Assembly (NCBI RefSeq): GCF_032444005.1 | Contig: NC_091283.1 | Span: 843,572,001 to 843,636,000, forward strand | Length of the DNA stretch: 64,000 nucleotides | Source: Ranitomeya imitator | Taxonomy: Eukaryota | Direction: 5' to 3' | Part shown: positions 13,470 through 24,176 of the stretch, piece after piece | Layout of the letters: the number at the start of each line of letters is the position of its first letter | Position numbering within the stretch: position 1 is the first letter of the stretch | Notes under the pieces: model-generated | Told to the model about the DNA's origin: nothing | Database searches by the model: none | Seen by the model: the letters and a program-made list of their open reading frames with translations, nothing else | Made by a program: the position numbers and the translations under genes

Positions 13470-13762
13470 TACATGGGGGAAGCGCGTTTTGGAGCATGTC
13501 TGACAGAGCTGAGACCTGAGCGTGTACGTACATGGGGGAAGCGCGTTTTGAAGCATGTCTGACAGATATGAGACCTGAGCGTGTACGTACATGAACAGAA
13601 GCGTGTTTCAGAGCATGGCTGACAAAGCAGAGAACTGAGCATCCATGTACATGGGGGAAGCACGTTTTGGAGCATGGCTGACAGATCTGAGACCTGAGTG
13701 TGCACATACATGGGCAAAGCGCATTTCGGAGCATGTCTGACAGAGCTGAGACCTGAGCATGA
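13470..13762. repeat. 59-60-bp minisatellite, right block (about 5 units)
   Basis: The array resumes in register after the Tc1 right TIR. Confidence 0.95.
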
Positions 13763-14051
13763 TCTCCAGAGCTGTCCTTAAAGCTACTTGTATATTATAC
13801 GGGCAAGAGAATAACCAAAACACACACAGGCATGAGTAATATCTAAAAATGTCAATTAGACTTAAAAGACCCTTAGAGGCACGAAAAATCAATAGTTTCA
13901 TAAAATAATCTGTTAAATAAACATGCAAAAATGCACATTTAAGTATTAACGTGTAATTTGGAGCTCTCTGGGTGCAATGAAGAGTATTGAAAAAATTGGA
14001 GAATTTCTTTTTTTTGCATCCATTAAAATCTTTATAAATCGTAGACAATAC

Positions 14052-17000
14052 TGTCATGTTATGTACTTTTGCCCTGTCCTGTATTTGAATAATATGCCAT
14101 TTGATGTATGTAACTGTTCTCTGGTTTCTATTAGCTGTAATTTATGTATTTTCTTGTGCTGGGAGTTCACTTGTAACAATATGTCTCCTTCCCCCAATAC
14201 TTGCAGCCCTAAGCTATAATGTAATTAAGCTTTGTCAACACCACTAGTGAAAGAATAGCCATTCTTCCTCACAGCAGGTGGCTAGTCAAATGTACATACT
14301 ACATAGACTACCTGGAGCCCACCAGTCTAGAATCTTCTGGTGGACCCAACCATTGAATAGAAGGTGTGACCCCTACCCCCCTTCATGGGCGGATCCCAGG
14401 AGCTCAGACAATCCATTCTTATTTTGAGATCAGATGTGAGTTGATCCTTGAAGGAGGAGTGGGGATTCTTAAGTGAGGCAAGACCCCATGTCCATCTGGG
14501 ACTGCGGAAGCGAACGGGGCGAGACTTGAGCTGAGGACATATCTCGTCGTTCGTGGGATTGTTTTCTGATCCCTTGGACTCGTGTGGACTATTGCTTTGT
14601 TACCTGGCACAAGGATTATCGGGAGGTGCCCCCGAACCTGTTACGTTGGACTAATTGTGGACTCTGTAGATCTACCTGCATGTGTTGTTCCAGCGTTCTT
14701 GATAATAAATCTGTGGAATCATCCCTTGGCCTGTTGCCCCTTCTTGTTCTGCCGTACACCCCGTCACAAACTGGTTGGCAGCAGAGGAATCAGAGCAGAA
14801 GGAATGGAGGACAATGGCCCAACATCGGGAACCAACACCGCAGAGTACAAGAACTGGACTTTGGGGAGCCTACAATCAAAGGCCCGTGAAGTAGGAGTCC
14901 GTTTTAAAGGACTCTCCAAGGAGCAGCTAATTGAGGCTTTGGAAGGAGTTCACCTGCAAGATGACGCTGAGGAAGGATCCTCACAGCAAATGGAGGAAAG
15001 AAGGCAGCCGGAGGTAAATACCCAAAAAAGTCAGTGGGTTGTGTGGTATGAGGAGAAGTTGGCATTGCTGGGAGAAGAGGCCACCATAGACTATAAGAGG
15101 GAGGACATTCACAGAGCTCAGGAGAGGGAGAGGGAGGCCATTCACAGAGCCGAGGAGAGGGAGAGGGAGGCCATTCACAGAGCCGAGGACAGAGCTCAGG
15201 AGATGGCATTGCTGGAGAGGCAGATCGCTTTGGAAGCAGCTAGAAGCTCCAGACAGACTCTAACCCCAGCACCCACCATGAGGGAACTCCCCAGAGTGTC
15301 CCGCAAAGACTTCAAGCCCTTTAATGAGGCTGCAGGCGACATTGAGGGCTTCTTCCAGGACTTTGAGCATCAGTGTCGATTAATGGAAGTCTCGGAAAGG
15401 GACCGAGTCCGACATCTGGTGGGGCTCTTAGAGGGTGGAGCTGCCGCAGCCTATAGAGCTATGGACCCTCAGGGGAACTGTGAGTATGCGGAGATTAAAT
15501 GGACTATTCTAGAACATTATGCTGTTACCCCAGACACTTACAGGACTCAGTTCCGTACTTTAGCCTGTGATGAGGAAGTGTCTTTCAAGATGTATGCCCA
15601 CAGACTCAAACAGATATGTCATCGCTGGCTGGAGGCAGAGGGGGCCTTAACCTGGGAGACCTTCCTCCAGGTTATCCTAAAAGAGCAGTTTTACTTCAAG
15701 TGCCCTGCTGAGATCTTGGAATGGGTGCGTGAAAGGAGACCAGCCACTGTGGAGGAAGCTGCAGATCTAGCTGATGAGGGTCTCACCATCAAGCTTCAGT
15801 GGAGGATTCTGTTGGAGGATGGAGAGAGGCCTACCAGCTCCACAACACCGGTGGCCCCCTGTTCTTCTGTCCCAATTGTTCCCCGTTCCTCTAAGCCACC
15901 ACCTCATGCTGATACCCGTGTAAATGTGCCTCCAGTTGCTTCTACTGCGTTTTCTGGAATACGACGAGGAGAGGAAGTAGCAGAGCGCAGGTGTTATGGT
16001 TGTGGGCATCCGGGGCATCTGCAGGCCTCATGCCCAGCCAGCCCATGGAGGAGTCGTCCTCAAAACCCTACAGCACCTTCAGGTGGGGGCCGGCCTCAAG
16101 TTTCCCTTACCCCTTGCCCAAGAGGACGCCTTGGATGGAGTGAGACCCAGCACAGATGCTATCGATGTGGACAGCTGGGGCATCTGCAAGCCTCCTGCCC
16201 AGCTGTTCAAATGAGGATTAATCCTGTACCCAGTTGTATTATTAATTATGTACAGCCAAGTGCCATGGAGGACGACGTGTCACCACTACGGGAGGACTGG
16301 CCTAGTGCCTCACCCACCCATGTTGCAGCACTAGGAGTTTATGGTGTGCGACCTGCAGCTATGACGACTTCTGCTCATCGAGTTAAACACTTGCAGGAGG
16401 TCGTGCTGGATGGACAGAGACTTATTGGATTTTGTGACTCAGGGGCTTTCCTCACACTGGCTGATCCCCGAGTGGTTCGGCCTGAGGCAATCCATCGAGG
16501 ACCTGGGATTGTCATTGAACTGGCTGGTGGACAATGGAGGACTATTCCCACAGCCACTGTGGATCTGAACTTTGGTTTTGGGGTCAGGCGATGTGTGGTT
16601 GGGGTGATGGGTGGTCTGCCTGCAGATGTTCTCCTGGGCAATGATGTGGGAGAGCTACGATGCCAATTCGTGGCTGCATGAAGCCACATGTAAGTTACGC
16701 TCTGCCTGTGTGTACTTAACCAGCGACCTGTAGAGGTCCCTAGTACGTACACAAATTGGGAGGGGAAGGGATTGTCATGTTATGTACTTTTGCCCTGTCC
16801 TGTATTTGAATAATATGCCATTTGATGTATGTAACTGTTCTCTGGTTTCTATTAGCTGTAATTTATGTATTTTCTTGTGCTGGGAGTTCACCTGTAACAA
16901 TATGTCTCCTTCCCCCAATACTTGCAGCCCTAAGCTATAATGTAATTAAGCTTTGTCAACATCACTAGTGAAAGAATAGCCATTCTTCCTCACAGCAGAT

Positions 17001-17492
17001 GGCTAGTCAAATGTACATACTACATAGACTACTTGGAGCCCACCAGTCTAGAATCTTCTGGTGGACCCAACCATTGAATAGAAGGTGTGACCCCTACCCC
17101 CCTTCATGGGCTGATCCCAGGAGCTCAGACAATCCATTCTTATTTTGAGATCAGATGTGAGTTGATCCTTGAAGGAGAAGGAGTGGGGATTCTTAGCTGA
17201 GGCAAGACCCCATGTCCATCTGGGACTGCGGAAGCGAACGGGGCGAGACTTGAGCTGAGAACATATCTCGTCGTTCGTGGGATTGTTTTGGGATCCCTTG
17301 GACTCGTGTGGACTATTGCTTTGTTACCTGGCACAAGGATTATCGGGAGGTGCCCCCGAACCTGTTCCGTTGGACTAATTGTGGACTCTGTAGATCAACC
17401 TGCATGTGTTGTTCCAGCGTTCTTGATAATAAATCTGTGGAATCATCCCTTGGCCTGTTGCCCGTTCTTGCTCTGCCGTACACCCCGTCACA
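14052..17492 (+). mobile_element. Non-autonomous Gmr1-like (SCAN-gag) Gypsy LTR element encoding only Gag and protease
   Basis: LTRs 14052-14768 and 16773-17492 (TG...CA, about 98% identical). PBS-like TGGTTGGCAGCAGAGGAATC resembling the complement of the tRNA-Leu 3' end. PPT GGGAGGGGAAGGGAT. Flanks AATAC/AGTAC. Confidence 0.93.
14804..16681 (+). CDS. Gag-protease ORF, 625 aa from ATG 14804
   Basis: SCAN-like capsid (HRWLEAEG...WVRERRPATVEEAADLAD), two CCHC knuckles (CYGCGHPGHLQASC, CYRCGQLGHLQASC), aspartic protease FCDSGA. Stop codon about 90 bp before the PPT. No RT, RNase H or integrase. Confidence 0.88.
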   Translation: MEDNGPTSGTNTAEYKNWTLGSLQSKAREVGVRFKGLSKEQLIEALEGVHLQDDAEEGSSQQMEERRQPEVNTQKSQWVVWYEEKLALLGEEATIDYKREDIHRAQEREREAIHRAEEREREAIHRAEDRAQEMALLERQIALEAARSSRQTLTPAPTMRELPRVSRKDFKPFNEAAGDIEGFFQDFEHQCRLMEVSERDRVRHLVGLLEGGAAAAYRAMDPQGNCEYAEIKWTILEHYAVTPDTYRTQFRTLACDEEVSFKMYAHRLKQICHRWLEAEGALTWETFLQVILKEQFYFKCPAEILEWVRERRPATVEEAADLADEGLTIKLQWRILLEDGERPTSSTTPVAPCSSVPIVPRSSKPPPHADTRVNVPPVASTAFSGIRRGEEVAERRCYGCGHPGHLQASCPASPWRSRPQNPTAPSGGGRPQVSLTPCPRGRLGWSETQHRCYRCGQLGHLQASCPAVQMRINPVPSCIINYVQPSAMEDDVSPLREDWPSASPTHVAALGVYGVRPAAMTTSAHRVKHLQEVVLDGQRLIGFCDSGAFLTLADPRVVRPEAIHRGPGIVIELAGGQWRTIPTATVDLNFGFGVRRCVVGVMGGLPADVLLGNDVGELRCQFVAA

Positions 17493-17874
17493 AGTACTTC
17501 ATATTTTCTGGAAAAATATAGAAAAAAAAATCAAGTAAAATGCAAAAATAGAAAACTATGATGTGTCCTGAAAACTAAACCTTACATTCAACAATATCAC
17601 ATCATTGTAAATGAGACTAAACTGCTTCTTATACTTAATACCACAATATAAGTGCAGAAAACGTCTGAAAAATTCATGCAAAATCCTCTGACAAGTCATC
17701 ACCTGGATTTTCTCACCCATCAATCACAGATCTTTATTGAGCGGAGCTGGAGGCGCTGATTCTCCCGGGTCACCGGCTCCTCTCATCTGGACTTTGCTCA
17801 ATGATTTCACCATAATTAAGTATTCAGCCTGAGTGAAACTTTACGAGGATCAGATGCCGCCCCCAGAGTCTCAC

Positions 17875-17931
17875 TAATGTGTTGGTCTTTGATAGAATTT
17901 TTTGACAGCTCCGCTGGGTCCTGTCCAACTT
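17875..17931 (-). CDS. Candidate 57-nt exon of an unidentified gene (SWTGPSGAVKKFYQRPTH)
   Basis: Acceptor ctttcactttcactgcaccttcag and donor TA|gtgaga. Shares GxVKxFYQRP with the candidate exon at 41630-41758. No protein recognised. Confidence 0.3.
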
Positions 17932-18279
17932 CTGAAGGTGCAGTGAAAGTGAAAGCCTTGTGAACGTGATTGATGAGACGGATTTCCATGTTCATGAATT
18001 TCAATCAGTGTCTGCACCCTTCATTCATAAGACTCCATTTATTTTTCTAAAGAAAACCATATTATAATAAAATCAGCTCTAAGCATCATTACAAGATATC
18101 CCAAGCCCCCCTGGAGCAGCTGAACGTGGGTGACCTGGGATGCCCGGCCGTGCCGTATATGCAGCCATGGACGGTCTGATAAAGAACTTTGCTCTTCACT
18201 CTGAGCCAATCAAATACCTCTACACTTATGTGGCCCCTCCCACAGCCTGCACCCTATCAGACAAAGTGTGAGATACTGC

Positions 18280-18988
18280 AGCTTCATCTCCCTCCTCTCC
18301 TCTCACTTCATCTCATCTTCTCTTTTATTCTCTTCTATTCTCTCCTCATTTCTCTTGTCTGCTCATCTTCTCGTCTCCTTTTCATCTTCTCTTTTTCTTC
18401 TTTTTTCTTCTTTTATCTTCTCTTCTGTTTTTTCTTCTCTTAATCTTCTTTCTCTTCTCTTTTCTCATCTTTCATCTTCTCTTCTGTTTTCTCTTCTCAC
18501 AATTTTCTTTCACTTTTTTTTTCTTTTCATCTTTCATTCTCTCTTCTCTTCTCTCTTCTCTTAACCTTCTTTCTCTTAATTTTTTTCTATTTTCATCTCC
18601 TTTTCATCTTCTCTTCCCTCTTCTCTTCTCCTCTCTGTTCTTAAACTTCTTTCTCTAAATTTTTTTTTTCTTTTCATCTTTTTCATCTTCTCTTCCCTAT
18701 TCTACGCTCATCTTCCCTTCTCTCTTCTCTTCCCTCTTTTCTTAACCTTCTTTCTCTTAATTTTTTTCTATTTTCATCTCCTTTTCATCTTCTCTTCCCT
18801 CTTCTACGGTCATCTTCCCTTCTCTCTTCTCTTCTCCTCTGTTTTCTTAAACTTCTTTCTCTAAATTTTTTTTCTATTTTCATTTTTTTCATCTTCTCTT
18901 CCCTCTTCTATGCGCATCTTCTCTTCTCTATTCTCTTTTCTTTTCTCTTAAACTTATTTTCTTCTCTTCCCCATCTCTTTTCATCTTA
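18280..18988. repeat. CT-rich low-complexity polypyrimidine tract, continuing at 22444-22745
   Basis: Degenerate TCTTCTCTT/TTTTCATC repeats on both sides of the CR1. Confidence 0.9.
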
Positions 18989-19098
18989 CATAGTAACATA
19001 GTAACATAGTTAGTAAGGCCGAAAAAAGACATTTGTCCATCCAGTTCAGCCTATATTCCATCATAATAAATACCCAGATCTACGTCCTTCTACAGAAC

Positions 19099-21879
19099 CT
19101 AATAATTGTATGATACAATATTGTTCTGCTCCAGGAAGACATCCAGGCCTCTCTTGAACCCCTCGACTGAGTTCGCCATCACCACCTCCTCAGGCAAGCA
19201 ATTCCAGATTCTCACTGCCCTAACAGTAAAGAATCCTCTTCTATGTTGGTGGAAAAACCTTCTCTCCTCCAGACGCAAAGAATGCCCCCTTGTGCCCGTC
19301 ACCTTCCTTGGTATAAACAGATCCTCAGCGAGATATTTGTATTGTCCCCTTATATACTTATACATGGTTATTAGATCGCCCCTCAGTCGTCTTTTTTCTA
19401 GACTAAATAATCCTAATTTCGCTAATCTATCTGGGTATTGTAGTTCTCCCATCCCCTTTATTAATTTTGTTGCCCTCCTTTGTACTCTCTCTAGTTCCAT
19501 TATATCCTTCCTGAGCACCGGTGCCCAAAACTGGACACAGTACTCCATGTGCGGTCTAACTAGGGATTTGTACAGAGGCAGTATAATGCTCTCATCATGT
19601 GTATCCAGACCTCTTTTAATGCACCCCATGATCCTGTTTGCCTTGGCAGCTGCTGCCTGGCACTGGCTGCTCCAGGTAAGTTTATCATTAACTAGGATCC
19701 CCAAGTCCTTCTCCCTGTCAGATTTACCCAGTGGTTTCCCGTTCAGTGTGTAATGGTGATATTGATTCCCTCTTCCCATGTGTATAACCTTACATTTATC
19801 ATTGTTAAACCTCATCTGCCACCTTTCAGCCCAAGTTTCCAACTTATCCAGATCCATCTGTAGCAGAATACTATCTTCTCTTGTATTAACTGCTTTACAT
19901 AGTTTTGTATCATCTGCAAATATCGATATTTTACCGTGTAAACCTTTTACCAGATCATTAATGAATATGTTGAAGAGAACAGGTCCCAATACTGACCCCT
20001 GCGGTACCCCACTGGTCACAGCGACCCAGTTAGAGACTATACCATTTATAACCACCCTCTGCTTTCTATCACTAAGCCAGTTACTAACCCATTTACACAC
20101 ATTTTCCCCCAGACCAAGCATTCTCATTTTGTGTACCAACCTCTTGTGCGGCACGGTATCAAACGCTTTGGAAAAATCGAGATATACCACGTCCAATGAC
20201 TCACCGTGGTCCAGCCTATAGCTTACCTCTTCATAAAAACTAATTAGATTGGTTTGACAGGAGCGATTTCTCATAAACCCATGCTGATATGGAGTTAAAC
20301 AGTTATTCTCATTGAGATAATCCAGAATAACATCCCTCAGAAACCCTTCAAATATTTTACCAACAATAGAGGTTAGACTTACTGGCCTATAATTTCCAGG
20401 TTCACTTTTAGAGCCCTTTTTGAATATTGGCACCACATTTGCTATGCGCCAGTCCTGCGGAACAGACCCTGTCGCTATAGAGTCACTAAAAATAAGAAAT
20501 AATGGTTTATCTATTACATTACTTAGTTCTCTTAATACTCGTGGGTGTATGCCATCCGGCCCCGGAGATTTATCTATTTTAATCTTATTTAGCCGGTTTC
20601 GCACCTCTTCTTGGGTTAGATTGGTGACCCTTAATATAGGGTTTTCATTGTTTCTTGGGATTTCACCTAGCATTTCATTTTCCACCGTGAATACCGTGGA
20701 GAAGAAGGTGTTTAATATGTTAGCTTTTTCCTCGTCATCTACAACCATTCTTTCCTCACTATTTTTTAAGGGGCCTACATTTTCAGTTTTTATTCTTTTA
20801 CTATTGATATAGTTGAAGAACAGTTTGGGATTAGTTTTACTCTCCTTAGCAATGTGCTTCTCTGTTTCCTTTTTGGCAGCTTTAATTAGTTTTTTAGATA
20901 AAGTATTTTTCTCCCTATAGTTTTTTAGAGCTTCAATGGTGCCATCCTGCTTTAGTAGTGCAAATGCTTTCTTTTTACTGTTAATTGCCTGTCTTACTTC
21001 TTTGTTTAGCCACATTGGGTTTTTCCTATTTCTAGTCCTTTTATTCCCACAAGGTATAAACCGCTTACACTGCCTATTTAGGATGTTCTTAAACATTTCC
21101 CATTTATTATCTGTATTCTTATTTCTGAGGATATTGTCCCAGTCTATCAGATTAAGGGCATCTCTAAGCTGTTCAAACTTTGCCTTCCTAAAGTTCAATG
21201 TTTTTGTGACGCCCTGACAAGTCCCCCTAGTGAAAGACAGGTGAAACTGCACAATATTGTGGTCGCTATTTCCTAAATGCCCGACCACCTGCAGATTTGT
21301 TATTCTGTCAGGTCTATTAGATAGTATTAGGTCTAAAAGTGCTGCTCCTCTGGTTGGATTCTGCACCAATTGTGAAAGATAATTTTTCTTGGTTATTAGC
21401 AGAAACCTGTTGCCTTTATGGGTTTCACAGGTTTCTGTTTCCCAGTTAATATCCGGGTAGTTAAAGTCCCCCATAACCAGGACCTCATTATGGGTTGCAG
21501 CTTCATCTATCTGCTTTAGAAGTAGACTTTCCATGCTTTCTGTTATATTTGGGGGTTTGTAACAGACCCCAATGAGAATTTTGTTACCATTTTTCCCTCC
21601 ATGAATTTCAACCCATATGGACTCGACATCCTCATTCCCTTCGCTAATATCCTCCCTTAAAGTGGACTTTAGACAAGACTTTACATAGAGACAAACCCCT
21701 CCTCCTCTCCGATTTTTACGATCCTTTCTAAACAGACTGTAACCCTGTAAGTTGACTGCCCAGTCATAGCTTTCATCTAACCATGTCTCGGTTATTCCCA
21801 CTATGTCAAAGTTACCTGTAGATATTTCTGCTTCTAGTTCTTCCATCTTGTTTGTCAGGCTTCTGGCGTTTGCGAGCAT
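19099..21879 (-). CDS. CR1 ORF2: apurinic-like endonuclease plus reverse transcriptase, 926 aa, uninterrupted
   Basis: ANARSL, GITETW, MGDFNYP, SDHN (APE); LDFSKAFD, GVPQGSVLGP, FADD (RT). Confidence 0.95.
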   Translation of the reverse strand: MLANARSLTNKMEELEAEISTGNFDIVGITETWLDESYDWAVNLQGYSLFRKDRKNRRGGGVCLYVKSCLKSTLREDISEGNEDVESIWVEIHGGKNGNKILIGVCYKPPNITESMESLLLKQIDEAATHNEVLVMGDFNYPDINWETETCETHKGNRFLLITKKNYLSQLVQNPTRGAALLDLILSNRPDRITNLQVVGHLGNSDHNIVQFHLSFTRGTCQGVTKTLNFRKAKFEQLRDALNLIDWDNILRNKNTDNKWEMFKNILNRQCKRFIPCGNKRTRNRKNPMWLNKEVRQAINSKKKAFALLKQDGTIEALKNYREKNTLSKKLIKAAKKETEKHIAKESKTNPKLFFNYINSKRIKTENVGPLKNSEERMVVDDEEKANILNTFFSTVFTVENEMLGEIPRNNENPILRVTNLTQEEVRNRLNKIKIDKSPGPDGIHPRVLRELSNVIDKPLFLIFSDSIATGSVPQDWRIANVVPIFKKGSKSEPGNYRPVSLTSIVGKIFEGFLRDVILDYLNENNCLTPYQHGFMRNRSCQTNLISFYEEVSYRLDHGESLDVVYLDFSKAFDTVPHKRLVHKMRMLGLGENVCKWVSNWLSDRKQRVVINGIVSNWVAVTSGVPQGSVLGPVLFNIFINDLVKGLHGKISIFADDTKLCKAVNTREDSILLQMDLDKLETWAERWQMRFNNDKCKVIHMGRGNQYHHYTLNGKPLGKSDREKDLGILVNDKLTWSSQCQAAAAKANRIMGCIKRGLDTHDESIILPLYKSLVRPHMEYCVQFWAPVLRKDIMELERVQRRATKLIKGMGELQYPDRLAKLGLFSLEKRRLRGDLITMYKYIRGQYKYLAEDLFIPRKVTGTRGHSLRLEERRFFHQHRRGFFTVRAVRIWNCLPEEVVMANSVEGFKRGLDVFLEQNNIVSYNY

Positions 21880-22016
21880 GCAGTTTAGAGGATTTTGTTT
21901 TGTTCCAATCTCCTCACTGTGGATTGTTTTAGAAATGTTCTTACCTCCCTTCAGAGTATGTTTTCCTGGGTCGTCTTTGTTCGAGTCTAATGTTTTTCTT
22001 CCCGTCCCCTCTTCTT

Positions 22017-22443
22017 CTAGTTTAACGCCCTCCTGATGAGTGTAGCGAGTCTTCTGGCGAATGTGTGTTTCCCAGGTTTGTTGAGGTGTAGTCCGTCTCT
22101 GGCGAGGAGTCCATCATACCAGTAATTCACACCGTGGTCCAGGAATCCGAATCCTTGTTGTCTGCACCATCGTCTTAGCCAGTTGTTTGCATCAAGGATC
22201 CTGTTCCATCTCCTGGTACCATGCCCGTCTACTGGAAGGATAGAAGAAAAAACTACCTGTGCATCCAGTTCCTTTACTTTCTTCCCCAACTCTTCAAAGT
22301 CCTTGCAGATTGTCGGTAGGTCCTTCCTTGCCGTGTCATTGGTGCCAACATGTATCAGAAGAAATGGGTGGACGTCCTTGGAGCTGAAGAGCTTTGGTAT
22401 CCTATCGGTCACATCCTTGATCATCGCACCTGGAAGGCAGCAT
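22017..22443 (-). pseudogene. 3' part of CR1 ORF1 (SGNH esterase domain)
   Basis: IHVGTND and DGLHLN motifs; matches the end of ORF 59961-60914. Confidence 0.9.
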
Positions 22444-23189
22444 CTTCATTTCTATTTTTTCTTTCTCTGCTTTTTCTTTTCTCATCTTCTCTTCCCTCTT
22501 CTATGTTCATCTTCTCTTCTTTCTTCTCTTTTCTTTTCCATTCTCTTATCTTAATCTTCTTTATCTTCTCTTTTGTTATCTTCTCTTCTTCTCTGTTTTC
22601 TCTTCTCGCAATCTTTTCACAATCTTCTTTCTCCTCGTTTTTTCTTTTCTTATATCCTTTTCATCTTCTGTTTTCTTTTTTTTTTCACTTTCTCTTTTTT
22701 TCTTTTCTCGTAATTGTCCTTTTTTCCTTCTTTCTTCTCCTCTTCGGTACAATCACTTTGATTACTAGAGAGGGAGATTTCACTGGATTATACACCAGAC
22801 ATGAATCACACATCTGGTTTGATTTGATCCCAGAATATTATTGCCTATTCATAGAGTAGGAGGTAACGTGCTGATCATTGAGGGTCTGACTCCTGACCTC
22901 AGTCCTGGGAAAGGGCTTCAGGAATACAAGACCTGAACTCTGCACCCCAATTGTGAATGGAGGCTCTGCGCCATTCAGTAATTATGGGGCTGTGTAGGAC
23001 ACTGAGTGCAGTGTTCGACTGTTTCCTATAGTCCAATATACAATAAATGGAGCAGATGTTGAGCATGTACACCCTCACTGCATTCAAGAGGGTCCTGCTG
23101 AGCCCAGTGCCCCTGGTTCCAGAGCCTCATTCTGAAGATCACTGGGGGTCTGTCCCTCAACAATCAGAAAGTTATCCTCCACCCCATGG

Positions 23190-23250
23190 ATTGGAAGCGC
23201 TGCGGAATATGTTGGCGCTATATAAATACAAATTATTATTATTATTGGAG
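23190..23250 (+). mobile_element. Short L2-like 3' terminus
   Basis: GCGCTGCGGAATATGTTGGCGCTATATAAATA followed by (ATT)n. Confidence 0.55.
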
Positions 23251-23919
23251 ATTACCTACTAGTTGTGGAATAACCCTTTAAGCAGCTTTCTAGCTTCTGG
23301 TTATTAGGGAGTAGGGTAGAATATGCTTAACTGCACTAATATCTGCAGGCTAAGTGCCATCAATATCAATAAAAAAGTTCTTCAAGAGCAATGAAGTGAG
23401 TAACCTACTTCATTGCTGTTTCATGGTCAAAGTCACAAAATCATTTGGAGAGAAGAGAAGAGAAAAGAGCGTAGGCAATCAGTGCAGAGGTCGGTGCCTG
23501 GGTATACAGTGTTAGGGTGTAAATATCTGTCGAGCCAAATGTCTGATACTGAAGATCAGAAGGAGACAGGTGGGAAAACGCTTGGGGTAAAATAGTTCAA
23601 TATTTGTATCCATTTGTAAGTATCAATCATGCATTCAGATTGACTGGATGGTCGTTGTCAGCCCCTTCACAAGACTCATTGCCGTGTGGGGTATCAGAAC
23701 GTTAGATAAATATGGCAGATTACAGGTCAGGTCACTGTGACGACACAGAATTTATTCTTAATTTGGCCAGACGTATTTTTCTTTGTTGGGTCAATAGATA
23801 TAGGCCGTTTTTCATATGAGCCTGAACGTTAACTCTTGAATTGATTATTGTGTTGTTATCCTTGTAGGACAGAGAGGCTGGGTAATTTAACAATTGATAT
23901 TTGCTAATATGTTGATTAC

Positions 23920-23949
23920 CCATTGTACCAAGCCATGCAGTTTGTTGAC
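23920..23949 (-). CDS. Candidate 30-nt micro-exon (VNKLHGLVQW or STNCMAWYNG)
   Basis: Acceptor gtgtcttcttcactgtttgcag and donor TGG|gtaatc. No homology recognised. Confidence 0.2.
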
Positions 23950-24176
23950 CTGCAAACAGTGAAGAAGACACTATGCAGACTGATTAAATACTCAAATAAT
24001 GAGAGTTGACCTCATCCCACCTCCACCCTGACCTATGGATGATAGCCCGAATAACAGTTGTGAACTATAAAAGGAGGATCTGCCTCTGTTCCTAGAGAGA
24101 CTCTACAGCAGTCAGGACACCATGGCTACAATCGGAGGGATACAGATTTGAGGCACTCTATAGGAAGTCAGCTTAA

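Larger units (their letters stand above)
18989..22443 (-). mobile_element. CR1 LINE truncated within ORF1, with intact ORF2
   Basis: (ACTATGTT)n tail at 18989. Possible 6-bp TSD CATCTT (18983-88, 22441-46), uncertain because the flanks are low-complexity. Confidence 0.97.

Noticed and set aside
10643-13762. 60-bp array as a CRISPR array or active multimeric ribozyme
   Set aside because: No unique spacers and a eukaryotic context; units lack CUGANGA and stem I pairing.
14582-14803. N-terminal extension of the 699-aa ORF
   Set aside because: Starts at a GTG inside the LTR and runs through the PBS; the plausible start is ATG 14804.
19106-21217. Antisense ORFs over CR1 ORF2, also at 4219-4716 and 61758-62873
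   Set aside because: Shadow frames of the real ORF; they recur only because the CR1 copies are nearly identical.
22850-23190. Coding-like unique segment (ORFs 22899-23087 and 23047-23262)
   Set aside because: No recognisable motif and no convincing pair of splice sites.
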